A stretch of 64,000 bases of DNA, taken from NCBI GenBank assembly GCA_050613775.1, contig JBODTK010000158.1, forward strand, positions 124,001-188,000. The letters are read 5' to 3'. The notes under the pieces are model-generated. The model searched no databases. It was not told the origin of the DNA and saw nothing but the letters and a program-made list of their open reading frames with translations. The position numbers and the translations under genes were made by a program. Below are positions 14,101 to 44,778 of the stretch, piece by piece (position 1 is the stretch's first letter; the number at the start of each line of letters is the position of its first letter). This stretch comes from Neocallimastix sp. 'constans'. Its lineage: Eukaryota.

Positions 14101-14379
14101 ATTTAGATATATATCAACATTATAATATTTTTTTTAGTTTCATTTATTATTTTATAAATATTAATTTTTACTAATAATCTATTTAAAGGAAAGCTCTTTT
14201 TTTATAATGATCTTAGAAAAATAGAGATAATAGTCTATATTACATATTATTCATATAGTTGTTATTTATGAATGCCGCATTTCACAATGTGGCTATTTGA
14301 TGATGCAATTTAACGCCATAAAAAATTTTTTTACTAAATAAACAAATATAAATAAATAAGTAAATAAATATTAAATAAT

Positions 14380-14622
14380 TTCTTTGTTCTTTATTTTTTA
14401 ATATTGAAAAGGAAGTAGTGTAAAAACTATTTAATTCATTAACATAAGTTCTAGTAATAAACACTTGATAACCACACTTTGGTGAAAATTTAAATATACC
14501 ATCTACAAAAATATCTATATTATATTGCATAAATAATTTTGTTTGGAATGGCGACTGAAAAATAATAATATTAGAATTTTTGATTATCATAAAATTTTCA
14601 TTCTTTTTGTTTTATAATATTC
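14380..14622 (-). pseudogene. Mutator-like (MULE) transposase fragment
   Basis: Reads EYYKTKKNENFMIIKNSNIIIFQSPFQ...DIFVDGIFKFSPKCGYQVFITRTY...SFSILKNKEQ. This resembles the F-x-D-G-T-F first catalytic Asp region of MULE transposases. Truncated at both ends. Confidence 0.7.
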
Positions 14623-14930
14623 TGATACTACGCTACGACTTATTCATAAGCCTTGACGATGTCTCTGATTAATTCTATAGGAATTAGGCGGGAAAAATTC
14701 CAACACATCAATAACTACACTCAATGGGAGAAGTGAATGGTTCCAGTTCTGATGTTCTTAGTCAATGGGGAAATATGTAGGAATGTATAGGGAATTTAGG
14801 TTCAGAAAGACGTGTAACAACAAGTGGTGAGTGGCGAAGCTATACTAGCATGCTAAATATCATCACACCTATAGTAATAACTGTTTGGCACTAGTGTGAG
14901 TTGGGTACCCATTATGTGCGTGTCTATGTA
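14623..14930. mobile_element. LTR-like fragment abutting the MULE transposase remnant
   Basis: GC-richer non-coding block beginning TGATAC exactly where the transposase frame breaks. No partner LTR or target-site duplication seen. Confidence 0.3.
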
Positions 14931-15143
14931 TTTTTTATATATCTATACTTTTTAATTTTAATTTTTATATCTTTTAGTTTTTATTTCTGTTATTTGCAAA
15001 ATAATAATCTAAAATAATGGCAGATACCTTTTTTTTTTTTTAAAAAAAAAAAAGGCAAACAAACAATAATTATTTTGATTATCAATTAACTAGATAAAAA
15101 ATGAATAAATAAATAAATAAAGAAGTATTTATACATATAATAC

Positions 15144-15560
15144 GGGAGGTATGAATTTCGCAAAATGTGACTTAAAACATTTTTAAAAAATAAACATATA
15201 AATAAATAAAATTAATAAATAAATAAAAAATATTAAATAAAAAAAAATAAATATGTTAAAAATGTTTTATTGTTACTCTTTTATATTTTATCTAATTTCT
15301 ATCAATTTTTAGTTTTATTTTATTATTAAAATTTTAATAAAATAAAAAAACTATAATATTGATATTGATATTAATAAAAATAACTATATAATATTGATAT
15401 TCTCTATATATAATTATTTATTATTCAGAATGAATAATATTACTATTTATTATTTATTATTTTTTATTTAAAAAATATTTTATAATAAAATATTTTATAA
15501 TAATTTATTTAAAGACTTTATTTCAAAATATATAAGCCACATTTCGAAATGCACACTCCC
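15144..15560. mobile_element. MITE-like element with imperfect terminal inverted repeats
   Basis: Left end GGGAGGTATGAATTTCGCAAAATGTGACTTA. The reverse complement of the right end is GGGAGTGTGCATTTCGAAATGTGGCTTA. AT-rich interior; no target-site duplication found. Confidence 0.55.
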
Positions 15561-16099
15561 CCCTTGCGAACGATACACATTCATATAATATTAATAATAA
15601 ATAGTATATATAATTTTGTTCATTCCATTTCTATGTAAATTACTATCTTAACTTTAATTGAGGATATTTTGCAATTAGGCTTTATATAAATTATGGCGTT
15701 CTTTAATCATTGTTTTTGTAATGTGCTTATTATCATATGTATAACTTATTAATTAAAATCTAAACTATAGCCTAAGTTTAATAAAAAATTAAATATATTG
15801 TAAAATACAAATATTTATTTAGAACAAGTTACAAATAAGTATAAAAATATGTAATTTAAATCTTTATTAACCAATATTCTATAAATATATAATAAATATA
15901 TATAATAAACAATTAATAATCTAAGAAAAATAAATGTTACTACAATTTATAAGAAATAAATACACAAATATTTGATAAAATAAATACATTAATACCAATA
16001 AAATAAAAGTATATAATTATTATTTTTATTTTATTTATTTTATTATTACTATTATTATTATAATTGTTTACTCATTTACTAAAATTATATATATTTAAC

Positions 16100-16131
<32 letters not shown>

Positions 16132-16243
16132 ATTTTGTGAATTGTTGAGTTGAATACTTAAAACTAATAATAACTATATATTTTTATATATATTTATATT
16201 TTTTTTGTATAACGATTATATATATGTATATATAATATATATA

Positions 16244-16284
<41 letters not shown>

Positions 16285-16455
16285 TGGGTGTTGGTTTTAA
16301 ATTTTTTTATTATTATTAAAATAAAGCTAATTAATATAACTAATTTAAATACTTGAAATTTAACAAATTTAATAATAATGATAATAATAATAAAAAAAAA
16401 AAAAAGATAATAAATAAAAAATAAATAAAATTAATGAAAAATTAAATTATATTTA

Positions 16456-31695
<15,240 letters not shown>

Positions 31696-33836
31696 TTGGT
31701 AATTTTTTTTATTTAAAAAAAAGGAAGAAAAAAAAAAAGAAATGAAAGTATTATTGAACTATGAGATTTATTAATATTTTTTAAACATTATATCATTTTT
31801 CTATACACATAAAACAACTATGTGCTAATTTTTATTATTTTTTTTTTTCTTTTTATTATTTATTCCTATTTTTAATAATATTACTGTTATAATAGATAGT
31901 ACATATAAATTTAATTTTTAAAAATTCTGTATAATCTTTTCTATAAATTAATAATTTGAAAGAAATTATAAAAAATAAAAAGATTGTTATTGATATTATT
32001 TTCCTTTTATTTCTAATTTCTTTAATTCAATTATTAATTTAATACTCTTTTTCTCTTTATTTTTATTATTATTCTTTTCAATTAATTTCACTTAACATTA
32101 AACCACTTAAATAAATTATTTATAAAACTTTAATAATAATTCACTTCAAATTGTTTTAATTTTTTTTTTTTTTTTTTTTTTAAAAAATAGTGTAAGAATT
32201 ATAAAGTGGAAAAAAAATTTTTTCTTTTTATGTATATTTATATATATATTTTTAACTAGAAATAAATTTTATTTATTAATAAATTACCAAATTATTTTTA
32301 TTAATTAATCTAGAGATATAATAAAAATACATTATACATTATACTACATTAATTATAATATACATTAAAATATATTTTTATGGTGTAACATCCATACTTC
32401 CAATAATATTAAAACATGTAATAGTATTGTAATATACAATTAACATATAATATTTTATATAATTAAAAAATGAATGTGTTGTATTTTTAATGTGGCTTTT
32501 AAATTATTGTAAATTAACACCATAAATTTTTTAATATTTTTTAATACATAAATAAAAAAATTATAATCAGATATGGAAATAAATATAAAATGGGGGATCT
32601 TTAGTGTTAAATATTATAAGCCACATTGCGAAATGCACTATCGACATTTAGGAATTTTGTTCTTGGATAGAAAAAAAAACTATTACTAATAGGGAAGTTC
32701 AGGAGTTTTTGAAGAAGAATTTGGTTGATCAGAGCTGAGTTAATTATAAGTGTCAGAGTAGAATTCATTATTTCTATAAATATTAAGAATTTGATTATTT
32801 AAAGTAGTAACCAAGGAAGTAATAGCACAAAGTTTTCAGGTCAGAGAACAGTAAAAGGAATGTCTCTAGATGAGGAATCATTATTGCTAGAGGCTTAATC
32901 AAGCGACGGAATAATGCATCAGGTTTTTCATTAAATAGAGCTATTCTTAGTGCATTTTCTGAGAGTACTCTGAATGAACTATACAATGGTACTAAAATCA
33001 TGCACCTAACTTGAATAATAAAAGAGTAAAGATCATTTGAAAATGTGCACTGATTTTCTATTAAACAACAGATTCAATTAATTAATAATTTTTATAACTC
33101 AAAATTAAATAATTAATTTTATATTAATAACAATTATTATTCCAGAATAATTTTTAAATATTCTAATTAACTCTATAATCTAATAAAAAATATTTTTATT
33201 ATTAAATATTTTTAAATATTGTTTTATAATAAATACTAATTATTATATTTTTACAATAATATTTATATTTTAGAATATCATAAATTAGTCTTTTAATGGT
33301 CTTAAGATATTCTTTTAAAACAAAACAATATTAAACTAATTTTTAGTATTAACAATATTAATAAAAATAATAATATAAATATTTATATCATTAGTTTTAG
33401 TCATAATAAATATTATTATTAGGTTAGTTTAATAAAATTTATTAAACATAAATATTAAAATATTCTTATAAAACGTTTTTGTGTTTGTATACATTAATGA
33501 ATAATAATCATTAATTTTATTATGTAAGAATTTCATTTCGTAAGGTTGCATTTCGCCAAGTGGCGTATTGATATAAATAAATGAATGAATAAATAAATAA
33601 ATATTCAAAATAATTTTTTTAAACGTTTTTATTACATTTAATAATTATTTAATTTAATTTATTTATTTAATAATTTTCAATTTGGCAAAATGCCACATTA
33701 TTCTAATACGCCACATGCTTTAAAATGGCGAAATGCAACATGGTGAAATGTAATTTAGTGAAATGCCCAACTCCCTTTTATTATATTTCTAGCATTAAAT
33801 ATATTTTAAAAGGGTTAAAAGTTTTATAGGAAAAAT

Positions 33837-34054
33837 GGGAATTGTGATACATTTCGGAACCTGGCTTATAAATAAAAAATTAATTCGTAATTTAAGGCCC
33901 CACATTTTTTTTTTTTTTTTTTAACTAATTATAAATAAATAAATAAAATATGAATGAGTTCCGAAATAAAAATGAATGAGTTAATTTTTTTTTTTTTTTT
34001 TTTAAAAAAAATCAAAAAAATTTTTCTCATAAGCACTTTATTTATAATTGTTAA

Positions 34055-34089
<35 letters not shown>

Positions 34090-34853
34090 AAATAGCTAAT
34101 AAATTATATCAAATTTTGGATTTTTTCCATTTTTGATGGTTAAAAATTAAAATATTTTTAATTTTTTATAAGTGAAAATAATAGAGGAAAAGAACAACTT
34201 ATTATAAATTGTTAAAATAATCACATTTTATTTTATATTTTTATATTATTAAAATTATATTTTTATATTCTTATATTATTATCAATATTATATTTTTATC
34301 TTATATTAATATTTTATTCTTATATTTTTATGCTGTGTAACATTTATCTATGTGTATTAATTCATAGAATTATTACATGATTAAATATGTAATTTTTACT
34401 ATAAAAAATAATTATTTTTATTATCTTAAAAAAATGAGTTCTTTACATTAATAAAATTTATGTATTAAATAAATACAAAAATAAATAAAGTTTATTATAA
34501 AAACACACATACTTTTCTCATAAATAAAAAACATATATATAATTTATATCTTTAAAATTAAATATTATTAAATATTATTTTTTTGTTTTATTATTTTAAT
34601 ATAATGTATTAAAATATATATTTTTAAAATTAAATATTATAAAATGTTATTATTTTAACAAAATTAAAATAAATTTTTAATAATATTTTTTTTATTATTG
34701 TAATAAAAAATTAAATATCAGTAAATATTATTAAATATTAAATATTATTTATTATTTATTTAATATAATTTAACCTACTTATATATAAACTGTTTTTTAA
34801 ATACGCCATATATATATAAAGCCACGTTTGAAATGCAATCCGAAATACCTCCC
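33837..34853. mobile_element. MITE-like element with degenerate TIRs related to the 15144-15560 element
   Basis: Left end GGGAATTGTGATACATTTCGGAACCTGGCTTA; right end TAAAGCCACGTTTGAAATGCAATCCGAAATACCTCCC. Related motifs occur at about 32616, 33545 and 33680-33775. Confidence 0.4.
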
Positions 34854-34859
34854 ATAAAT

Positions 34860-35200
34860 ATGTTCAATATGAAATTATGAAAAAAGTAATTAACACAATG
34901 ATGGTAGATTAACCAAAAGTATTTCTGTATCCAAGCTTAAATACTTTGCTGATTTCATCAAGGAATTGTAGAAAATGCCAATGTAGGGGGAATGATAAAT
35001 GTGTGTTAAATTGTATATTATTCTATAATATAAAGTGTAAAATATTTTTATTCAAGAATGTCATGCAGTTAAACGTTAAACGTTATCAATAATATTGGAA
35101 TATTATAAATAAATAATTATAAATAACATGTAATGACATATTCTTAAATGTCTTTCATAATGTAAAAATAATAAATTAAATAAATAACCAATTATAAAAT
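34860..35200 (+). mobile_element. Possible 3' remnant of a Ty1/copia retrotransposon (RNase H end, polypurine tract, LTR start)
   Basis: Disrupted reading ...MMVD/LTKSISVSKLKYFADFI resembles the copia M-x-A-D-x-L-T-K terminus. It is followed by AGGGGGAA (34985-34992) and TGATAA at 34993. The right boundary is approximate. Confidence 0.35.
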
Positions 35201-36057
35201 ATAATTATCATATATCACATCTGATATAAGTGTTATATTAAATTATTTGTGCTTAATATTAATGAATAATAATTACAAAAAAAAAATTTGTTTTTATGTT
35301 ATTATTTATTCTTTAATATAATTTAATATATAATATATTTTTTTATTAATTATTCTTAAATATAATTTAATATATAATATTATATATTTTTTCAAAGTAT
35401 AAATTAAAAATAATTATTATATTTACGAATTACAAATATTATAATAGATATATCCAATTAAAAATCTTTTATAATATATATTTCCAACACATACTTCAAA
35501 AATTAAGATGAATATATATTATATATAACTTTTTGCCTCAATTTTTATTTATAATATGTATGTAAATATTATTAATCTAAATATTTGTTAAAATTTAAAA
35601 TATTCAAAGTTTTAATAATTCACAAACAAAAAGTAATTGTAAAGAAAAAATAATAATAATCTTTTATTAATTAAATATATATGTAATTCTAACAATAAAT
35701 TTAAGGTTACAAAATTTGGAAAATGAAGTCCAAAAAAGTTTTTCTCTTAATATTTTTTACATAAAATTTAAAACAGATATTATTTGTTACTGTAAATAAT
35801 ATTTGCCAATTAATAAAGTCTTGTGTAACATATATTAATTATATAAATAGATTTTCCTATAGTATATTTAAAAAAAAAATATTTAATAAATATCAAATAT
35901 ATATAATAACTACAATAATCTTTTAATTATTATGTAATAATAGAGAATAAAATAAATTCTTTCATATATTATTTTTCATATATATTAATATTTAATAGAA
36001 ATAATCAGTAATAAATAAATAAAAAATATATTATTACTACTAATAAATAATAAATAT

Positions 36058-36190
36058 TAATAAATAATAATAAATAATAATAAATAATAATAAATAATAA
36101 TAAATAATAATAAATAATAATAAATAATAATAAATAATAATAAATAATAATAAATAATAATAAATAATAATAAATAATAATAAATAATAA
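36058..36190. repeat. AT-rich tandem repeat, 10-bp unit TAAATAATAA
   Basis: Direct observation. Confidence 0.9.
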
Positions 36191-37226
36191 TAATAATAAT
36201 TAATTGAAATAATGAAAAAAATATTATTAGCTTATTTAATTGATATATTTTTTTATTACTATTATCTCCTTTTATATAATTATATTCTTCTTCATTATTA
36301 CTTTCTTGAGCAAAAAAAAGTACATATAAAATATGAAGAATAAATGTGCTTTTGTTAACTAATTTGTTATTTTTATTTTATTTTTTTTTTTTATTAACTA
36401 GTTTATATATATAATATACAAAATAAAAATTTTCAAATAGAAAAATGTTATATATATTATACTTAATATATTAAAAATATTTTTAAGTATAATATATATA
36501 ATACTTTTATAATATATTATATTTGATTATTTTTAGATAATTTTGATAATTATTATAGAAAAAAAAGTAAAAAAAAGTATCAATATATCAATTCAAAATA
36601 TAATTAATACATATTAATTGGTAATTTCTATAAAAAATTTTATGTTAATAAATGGAATATATATAGAATTATATAAATTATATACTATTTTTTTTGATTT
36701 AAAATATTTTGTTTTTACATTTTTTTCGTATTAAATAAATAAATAAATAAATAGATAATAAATAAATAAATAAATAATAAATAAATAATAAATAATAAAT
36801 AAATAATAAATAATAAATAAATGAATAAAACACCTATTTAAAAACTTTTTTTTTTTTCAACTTTCTTCATAAAAAGATTTTTAATTTTCAATTTTAGTTC
36901 TTTATTAAAATATATAACATTTACATTAATTTTAAAAATTATAATTTTAGTATAATTAATATTTATATTTAAATTTATTAAATATAAACTTTCAAATATT
37001 ATATATATATATATATATAAAGGACTTACTTTATTTAAAAATTTAGATTATAAGAATTATAATTACATTAATATTTAAATTGAAACATTAAATTTAAAAA
37101 ATAATTTTTATAAAAATTATAATATAATATATATTAAATTTTAAAAGAAATATATAGAATATTAATAAACATATAAAATTATATTTAATAAAGAAATAAT
37201 ATTGAATAACAATACAAAATATAAAA

Positions 37227-38543
37227 ATGGAATTTAATTCATGTTTGTTGGGAAAAAGAGATAGTGATAAGGATATTAATAATTCAACTGAAACTTTCGC
37301 TGTAAGATTTATTCTTATTGGTATCATAATTAGTTGTTACATTTACTTTAAATATATGATAAAATCAATTATTGGTTTTATTCACCATAAAAATTTCAAT
37401 TTTTTGTTCCCATTAATTGCTGCAACCTTTGCATTTACTAACAACGCTAATGATATTGTACATTTCTTACGTCATCCTGAAGACTGCTATTTATTCTATA
37501 TTTTATTTAAGGTAACAGCAACTTTAAATTGGGCTCCAATTTCATGGCTTCAAACATTTCGTTTATCCTTAATTTCAAGAATATACCTTAATAAAAAGAA
37601 ATTTATAGTTATTACAACTTTATCTGTAACTTTTAGTTTGTTGTATTGCTTATGCTATTTTTTAAATCTTAGTGAATTTGATTATGCTACTAGTGAATTT
37701 ATGGGCTGTGGTGTTACTAATGATTCTAAATATATTTATTTGGTAATGGCATTCGATATTATTGATTCCCTTTTTTCACTTGGTTCAATATGTATTATTA
37801 TTTATAATGCTATTAGAAATTTACGTGAATTAAATACAAAAAATGAAAAATTAAATAATTTAGTAAGTGAAGGTATATTAGAACTTATAATTATAACAAT
37901 TGCAAAAATTGTTATTTATCCTTTAATTTCTATTACAAGCTATCAACCTTCTTTTGACATATTTTGGGATGTTCTTTCTGTTATTGTAATTTATTGCTCA
38001 TATCGAATGGTTAGCTTTCCATATAAGGTAATATATTATTATTTTATTATATATTTCATTTTATTTTTTTATTTTTCATTTTATTTTTCATTTTATTTTT
38101 ATTTTTGTTTTTATTTATTTTTTTAAAGCTAAAATATGAATATAAATTATAATAGTGTTAATTATATAAAGAAAAATGAAAATATGTATTATTATTATAA
38201 ATAATACATAAAAGTTTTAATTTATCAATTATTTAATATATGTAATAAAACCTTAATTTTTATATTTATTCTCTGATTCATTAATTCATAAATTCATTTA
38301 TTTAATTTATCTATTTATTTATTTATATTTATTTATTTAATTATATAGAATAATTCTAAAGAAAAAAATATAGGAAGAAAAATTTTTAATTTCATTGGAT
38401 CAGTTTTAAAGTTTATTAAATTTACATTTATTTCAGATCAAGATGACTTTGATAATAGTACTACATATGATTATAATAATTCAAAAACAATTGTTATTGA
38501 TGATAAAAATGAAAATCCAAATTTAAAAGGAATTAATATTTAG
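37227..38543 (+). CDS. Seven-transmembrane GPCR-like protein, paralogue A (~331 aa)
   Basis: Exons 37227-38027 and 38349-38543 join in frame. About seven hydrophobic segments, with Cys before TM3 (PEDCY) and in the second extracellular loop (MGCGV). Shares ATLNWAPISWLQ, ELNT and DIFWDVLSVIVI with paralogue B. Confidence 0.75.
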
Positions 38544-39205
38544 TCATTTTTAAATTATTAAAAACTTTAATAATATCTTTAAACTCATTTAATTATTCAT
38601 ATATTATTATTATAAATTTTATATAAAATTTATACATTCTAAAATGTATATATATATATTTAAAAGTATTTTTGAACCTATAATTAATTTTATATATTTA
38701 ATTAAATTTTGAATATAGTTAGTTTTTTAACATATAATTAATTTTATATATTTAATTAAATTTTGAATATAGTTAGTTTAAAAATAAAAATAAAAATAAA
38801 ATAAAATATAAAAAAAATTAAAGTATTTATAATATTTATAATATTTATAATATTTATAATATTTATAATATTTAAATTGATCCCATAGTATTAGCATATA
38901 AAGCTACAATTAAAAGTATTATTAAATCAATTTTATTTATTATCATATAGATATATTTTAATGTTTAATAATTATGTAATTTATTATTAAATGCAGTAAT
39001 CAATATAAAATGCAATAGCTGTAATTTAGAATATATATAATTTTAAAGTCTTTTATAAGCTTAATTTTTTTCCTTTTAATTTTTTAAGATGAAAATATTA
39101 TATTAATATATAAATTTTAATGGTTTGGCTTTCTTAATATAAAAATTTTAATGGTTTGGCTTTCTTAATATAATCAAATTTAGTTTATTATTATTATTAT
39201 TATTA

Positions 39206-39239
<34 letters not shown>

Positions 39240-39411
39240 AATGTATATATATAAGAAAAAAGGATAATTTATTTATTAAAATATATTTAAAATAATAATG
39301 GTAAAAATTGTATAATATCTCATAATGTTCACCATTAATAATAGATAATAAAATAAATATTAAATTATAAAATGATTTTGTGATTAAAGAATTTTTTTTT
39401 CTTTTTCTTTT

Positions 39412-39451
<40 letters not shown>

Positions 39452-39958
39452 CATTAATAGTATTAATAGCATTATATTTATCATAGTTCATAGCTGAACT
39501 TCATTATGTATAATTTATAAGATTTCATCAATAAAACTTTTAATATTTTTCGTTAAAACATCGTTAAAACATCTATAAACATTATTTCTTTAATATATGT
39601 TATTAAAAAAAAAATGAAATATTACAATTTTTGTTTTATTATAATATATAACAATTATTAATATATATATATTATTTAATAGATATTGCGAATAAATTAT
39701 TATTTAATTATTTATTAATTTATAATATTAATATATATTATTTTTTATTTATTAAAATTAGGCATTAACTAAGAAATACTTGTTTAATAATAAGGTATTT
39801 ATTAATTATTTTTAATACTATTATAATTATTTAATATTTAATATAAATATTCGTATATTTTTTTTTATTTTATTTTTTTTTTTTTTAATACTACTACTAC
39901 TACTATTACTATTACTATTACTACTACTACTACTACTACTAATAATAATAATAACAAT

Positions 39959-40024
<66 letters not shown>

Positions 40025-40129
40025 TCAAAATTTAAAATAATTTAAATTTAAAAATTTAATAATAAATTTTTTTTAAAATTATTCCTTACATTATATTTAA
40101 ATGATTTTTATTATATTTTTTTTTGCTAT

Positions 40130-41000
40130 ATATGAAGATGTCCATTTACTATTATTTCTTATGATTAATATTTGATCATGTATTATCTAATAGTTTTATT
40201 TGCTTTGTTTTCAATTATATATCTTCTATATAAATATTGTTTGTTATATTTAACAACATACATTAATGATGTACATCAAGATTTATCTCCATGATTAATA
40301 TATTATTAATTAACTAATAATTTAATTGGTTCAAAAATTTCTGAACAACGACAAGCTATAAAGTGAAGTTTTCACTATTTATTACATTTATATCTGCACC
40401 ATTTTTAATTAAATATTTCGATATTTCGATAGTTTATAGTAAACATTAATGGCGTCCTACTTTATTTTTTAGATTTATATTTTATCTACCATTATTTAAT
40501 AGTTTTAATTTTTTCTAAATTTATTGAATAGTGAGAAGCATCCATTAATATAGGCCAGTTTTTATTGTCTTCTATATTTCCATCGGCACCATTTTCTATC
40601 AATATCTTAATTTTTATGTTATAATTAATATTTCCTCCCACTATCATTAATATCGTCTGTTCATAATAATCTTTATGATTAATATTTGATCCTGAATAAA
40701 TTAATAATTTTATTATTTCTAAATATATTGAATCATCATTACTTATTAAATTTATATCGGCGCCACTTTCAATCATTAATTTTGTTATATTGATATTTTT
40801 TATTATATAATATAGCGTGTATTAACGATGCACATCCTTCATTAATTCTTTGATTAATATTTGTTGAATGATTTTTGATTTGGAATTAATTAAATATTTA
40901 AGAAAATCAGAAATATTATTATTTCGACAAAAGTTCATTAATTCACTAACATCGTTTTTATTAAATTTAATTATATTAATGATTAATTCATCAAGATTTA
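40130..41000 (-). pseudogene. Degenerate ankyrin-repeat gene
   Basis: IESGADINL, LLIYSGSNINHKD and LIENGADGNIEDNKNWPILMDAS, plus further frameshifted units (LIKNGADIN near 40390-40415). Stops and frameshifts present; no introns seen. Confidence 0.75.
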
Positions 41001-41099
41001 TATATTTCTATAATTCAAGATATTTATTACATAATATATAATTAATTAATAATTTAATATCAATTCCTTGAGACTGAATTTTAATTAATTTATTATTTA

Positions 41100-42500
41100 A
41101 ATGTTTTAATTCTCTTTTACTTAATATCTATTATTCCTCGTTTTAATTGTCCCTTACTAATTTCATTTTGTCTTTTATAATATTCATTACCATATTCGTT
41201 ATTTTTAACATTTTCTTCAATAAATCCATAATCTTTCATAATTTTTTTGTTTATTTATCTAATCTTATTTCTATCATTTCCAATAATACATTCTATCATA
41301 AATTCTATTGCATTAGAAAACTTTTTATTTAAATTGTTTTTATTGAATTATTATCTATTTCGTAATATCTCCCAGAAATTTAGATTTAATTTTACTTCCC
41401 ACATAAAAGTATATTTTAATCTATCAAATAATTCATAAACTTTACTATAAATTAAATCATTGAAATTGATATTTTTTGTACTATCAATAAAACTTTCTTT
41501 TATTTCATTTATATTTTCCATTTTCAAAATAATGAGTCTGTAGTTTCAATAAATGGTAGATTTAAATTATATTCTTCATTAAATACTTGTTCAAAGGTAT
41601 CGATATAATAAGGTCTATCGGCTAACAATATAATTTTATCATTTAAATTCTGAATTAATATAATTTTCACTGATTTTAACCGAAAAATTTTGTGATTAAT
41701 TCTAATAACGTATCTTTCCGTCTGGAAATGCAATATTCACTTACTTCTGAAATCATTTTTATATTTCCTAATTTTAAAATTCTTTCAAGAAAATTTTCTT
41801 ATAAAAATTGTGCTCTCACTTCATATCCTTTTAAAGGTTTATTATTCAACTTTTCTTTGAGCTTCATTTTTTGGTATTGCCAGTATAGTTGTATTATTAA
41901 TTAAACATTTAAATAATTTAAGAACTTCATCTTTTATTTTTGGAATATCCATAATCGTTTCTCTTAAATATAAGTATCATATATCATCAAATAAAATATA
42001 TGGTGTATTTTTTAGATTTTCCATATTGCCTTCTTTTAATTCATAAATTTGTTCTTATATGTCTTTAACTTTTAATTTTTAATGAACTAACTTTATTTAA
42101 GTTAGTTCATTAAATATTTTATTCATATATGAGATATGAATGTGAATAGATATTTTATTTTCATCAAATAATAGTTTAATAGTTTAAATATTTTATTCTT
42201 TATTGTGTAGAAAATGAATTTAATTGTTATTTTTGTATTATCATCATTGCCAATCATTTCTTGTGTTACATTCAGCATCATCAAATTCAAAAAATATATA
42301 ATACTTAAAGTTTTTTTTTCATTAATTGATGATTTGAGTTTTCTTTTTATTGTATCAGTACTAATGTATTCAAATAATTTATATTTAACTAACAGTAGAA
42401 ATAATCCGATTCTCCATATTAAATATTTTTCAGTGTCTAAATGATTTTAGTACTCATGTTTTTAGTATTTTCTTTGGACCTAGTAATATTATTTATGCTT
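41100..42500 (-). pseudogene. Decayed intronless coding-like sequence of unknown identity
   Basis: Codon-like texture without microsatellites. Short broken minus-strand frames such as LLADRPYYIDTFEQVFNEEY and ILAIPKMKLKEKLNNKPFKGYEVRAQF. Confidence 0.4.
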
Positions 42501-43442
42501 TGTATAATATTTTATAATTTTAAATGTCAATTTTTAAAAAATTTGTAAATGTCTTTAATTTTTAAAAATTTTAAAATTTAAAAACAATACAAGTAGATTA
42601 TAAACTTTTAAAATACAAGAAAATTACAGAGACTCTTAATTATTTAATTAGTAACTAAATTGATTTATTTCAATTTTATTCATAATATTTTCTTTATTTA
42701 ATTTAATAATTTAATAACAATATTTTAAAAAAATATTCTTTCTTTTCTAATAGAAATATACATGTATTAATATAAAATTTAATACATTATTTATGTTTCC
42801 TTATTGCTTTACGCCACATTAAATATTACTATTCCATTAATCTTTTTATATTAATATTAATAATATTTTAATTATAATTATATAAAACTAATATTAAATA
42901 TATTTAAATTATTAATTTATAATTTATTATTTAATAATATTAAACTTTATTTTCTAAAAATTACTAATCACAATAGGCATAACATTAGAAAGTAATTCAG
43001 TAATCCCATAAAATATGAAATTAAGAAAGAACACTCTTTCGAAGGTAATTGAAAAATATTAGCAAAACCCCTACTTTCAGCTATATTCAAGATTTCATGT
43101 ACAGCATTTCCAATATTTTATCCTATTTTATAGTTTAGTTTTAGTTTAAAATATTTTTTACATAAATATTTAATTATATTAACAAAAAAAGTTTATATAA
43201 AGTTTTTTCTTTTTCTTTTTCTTTTTATTTTCTTTATTTTATTTAATTATTTAATTTAGTATTATATCTTATTTTATAATTATAGTTTTTAAGAATACAA
43301 GAAACAAAAAGTTAAAAAAAAAAATTATTAATGTTTATAAATTTTAAAAGATTATGTCATACTTTTTTTTTTTTTTATATTACTAAAAATATGTGTATAA
43401 ATTATAAATATTTTTTTTGCTAATAATTGCAATTATCATTTT

Positions 43443-43476
<34 letters not shown>

Positions 43477-43508
43477 AAAAATGCTTAGTTTAATTTAAAA
43501 AAAATAAA

Positions 43509-43539
<31 letters not shown>

Positions 43540-44735
43540 TTATTTATTATTTTAAGGAAAATTAATATATAATTATTATTTATTTTTTTATGGAAAATTA
43601 ATATATATTAAATGAAAAAATTTTTATTTGACTCTTTTTTTTGTATTTGCTATTGAAATAGCTATTCTCAATAATTATTTAATTAAACCTTTTAAAACTT
43701 TTTTATATTTTATATAACATGAAATTTAAGAGAATTATTTTTATTTGAAAATTTTAGATTTCTAAATATATTTATTTTTGAAATTTATATATTACAAACA
43801 AAAAATATTATATATAAATATTTGAATTTTTTTCTTTTTATCTTAATTGATTTTATATAGAACAATATGATATAGTATTAGGTACTTCCTTTATAAAAGA
43901 ACATTTAGATTGTATTTAGTTGTATAATTCAGATTATACATAAAATTATTAAATTGTCTTTAAAAATTATATAAAATTTTATTGAAACTTTTTAAATATT
44001 ATTTTTGATATTTTATAAAAAAATTATATCTATTTCATATATTATTTTTTTTTAATTTTATTTATTTTTAAAAATAAATGATTAAAACATAATTATAAAA
44101 TAAACATGTATTATATATTATTTTTAGTAATTTTAATAATTTTTTTTTTTATTTTAAATAATATCAATTATATAATTAATATAATAAAACTAAATATATA
44201 AATTAAAGTTTATAATATTATATAATAAAGTCATTTTTATATTGTAAAAATTGTTAAATATGTGATAAATAAATAACATTTTATCTGTAATATTATTTAT
44301 TAGTTATATATTTGATAAATAAATAATATTTTATTTATAGTAACTTTTTAAAAGTAACTTATTTATTTGTTTTATTTTTTCCTTTTCGATATTTTTAAAA
44401 AATAAAAAAATAAAAAATAAAAAAGAAAATATTAATTAAAAAAATGTGAATCACTTTTAAATTAAATAAAATAGGAAATTATAATAAATAAGATTTAGTA
44501 AAAAATATAAATATTATAACATGGTATATTAAAACTTAAAAATTATTAAATTTGAATATTATTGGAATTTTTCCAAAGAAATTGTAAATAAAGTTATATA
44601 TATATAGAAATTATATATACAATTTTACTTTTAGTAATAATTATAGAAAAATTATTTTAAGAAAAGCTAATTTTAATTATAAATACTAAAAGAATATTGA
44701 ATTATTTATTTACCTAAATTTTTTTTTATTTTATT

Positions 44736-44778
<43 letters not shown>

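Noticed and set aside
32640..33070. GC-richer block containing a 68-aa ORF
   Set aside because: No recognisable protein motif. It is probably a transposon remnant, but the termini could not be established.
42960..43120. Short coding-like minus-strand fragment (GNAVHEILNIAESRGFANIFQLP)
   Set aside because: Too short and isolated to assign to a gene.
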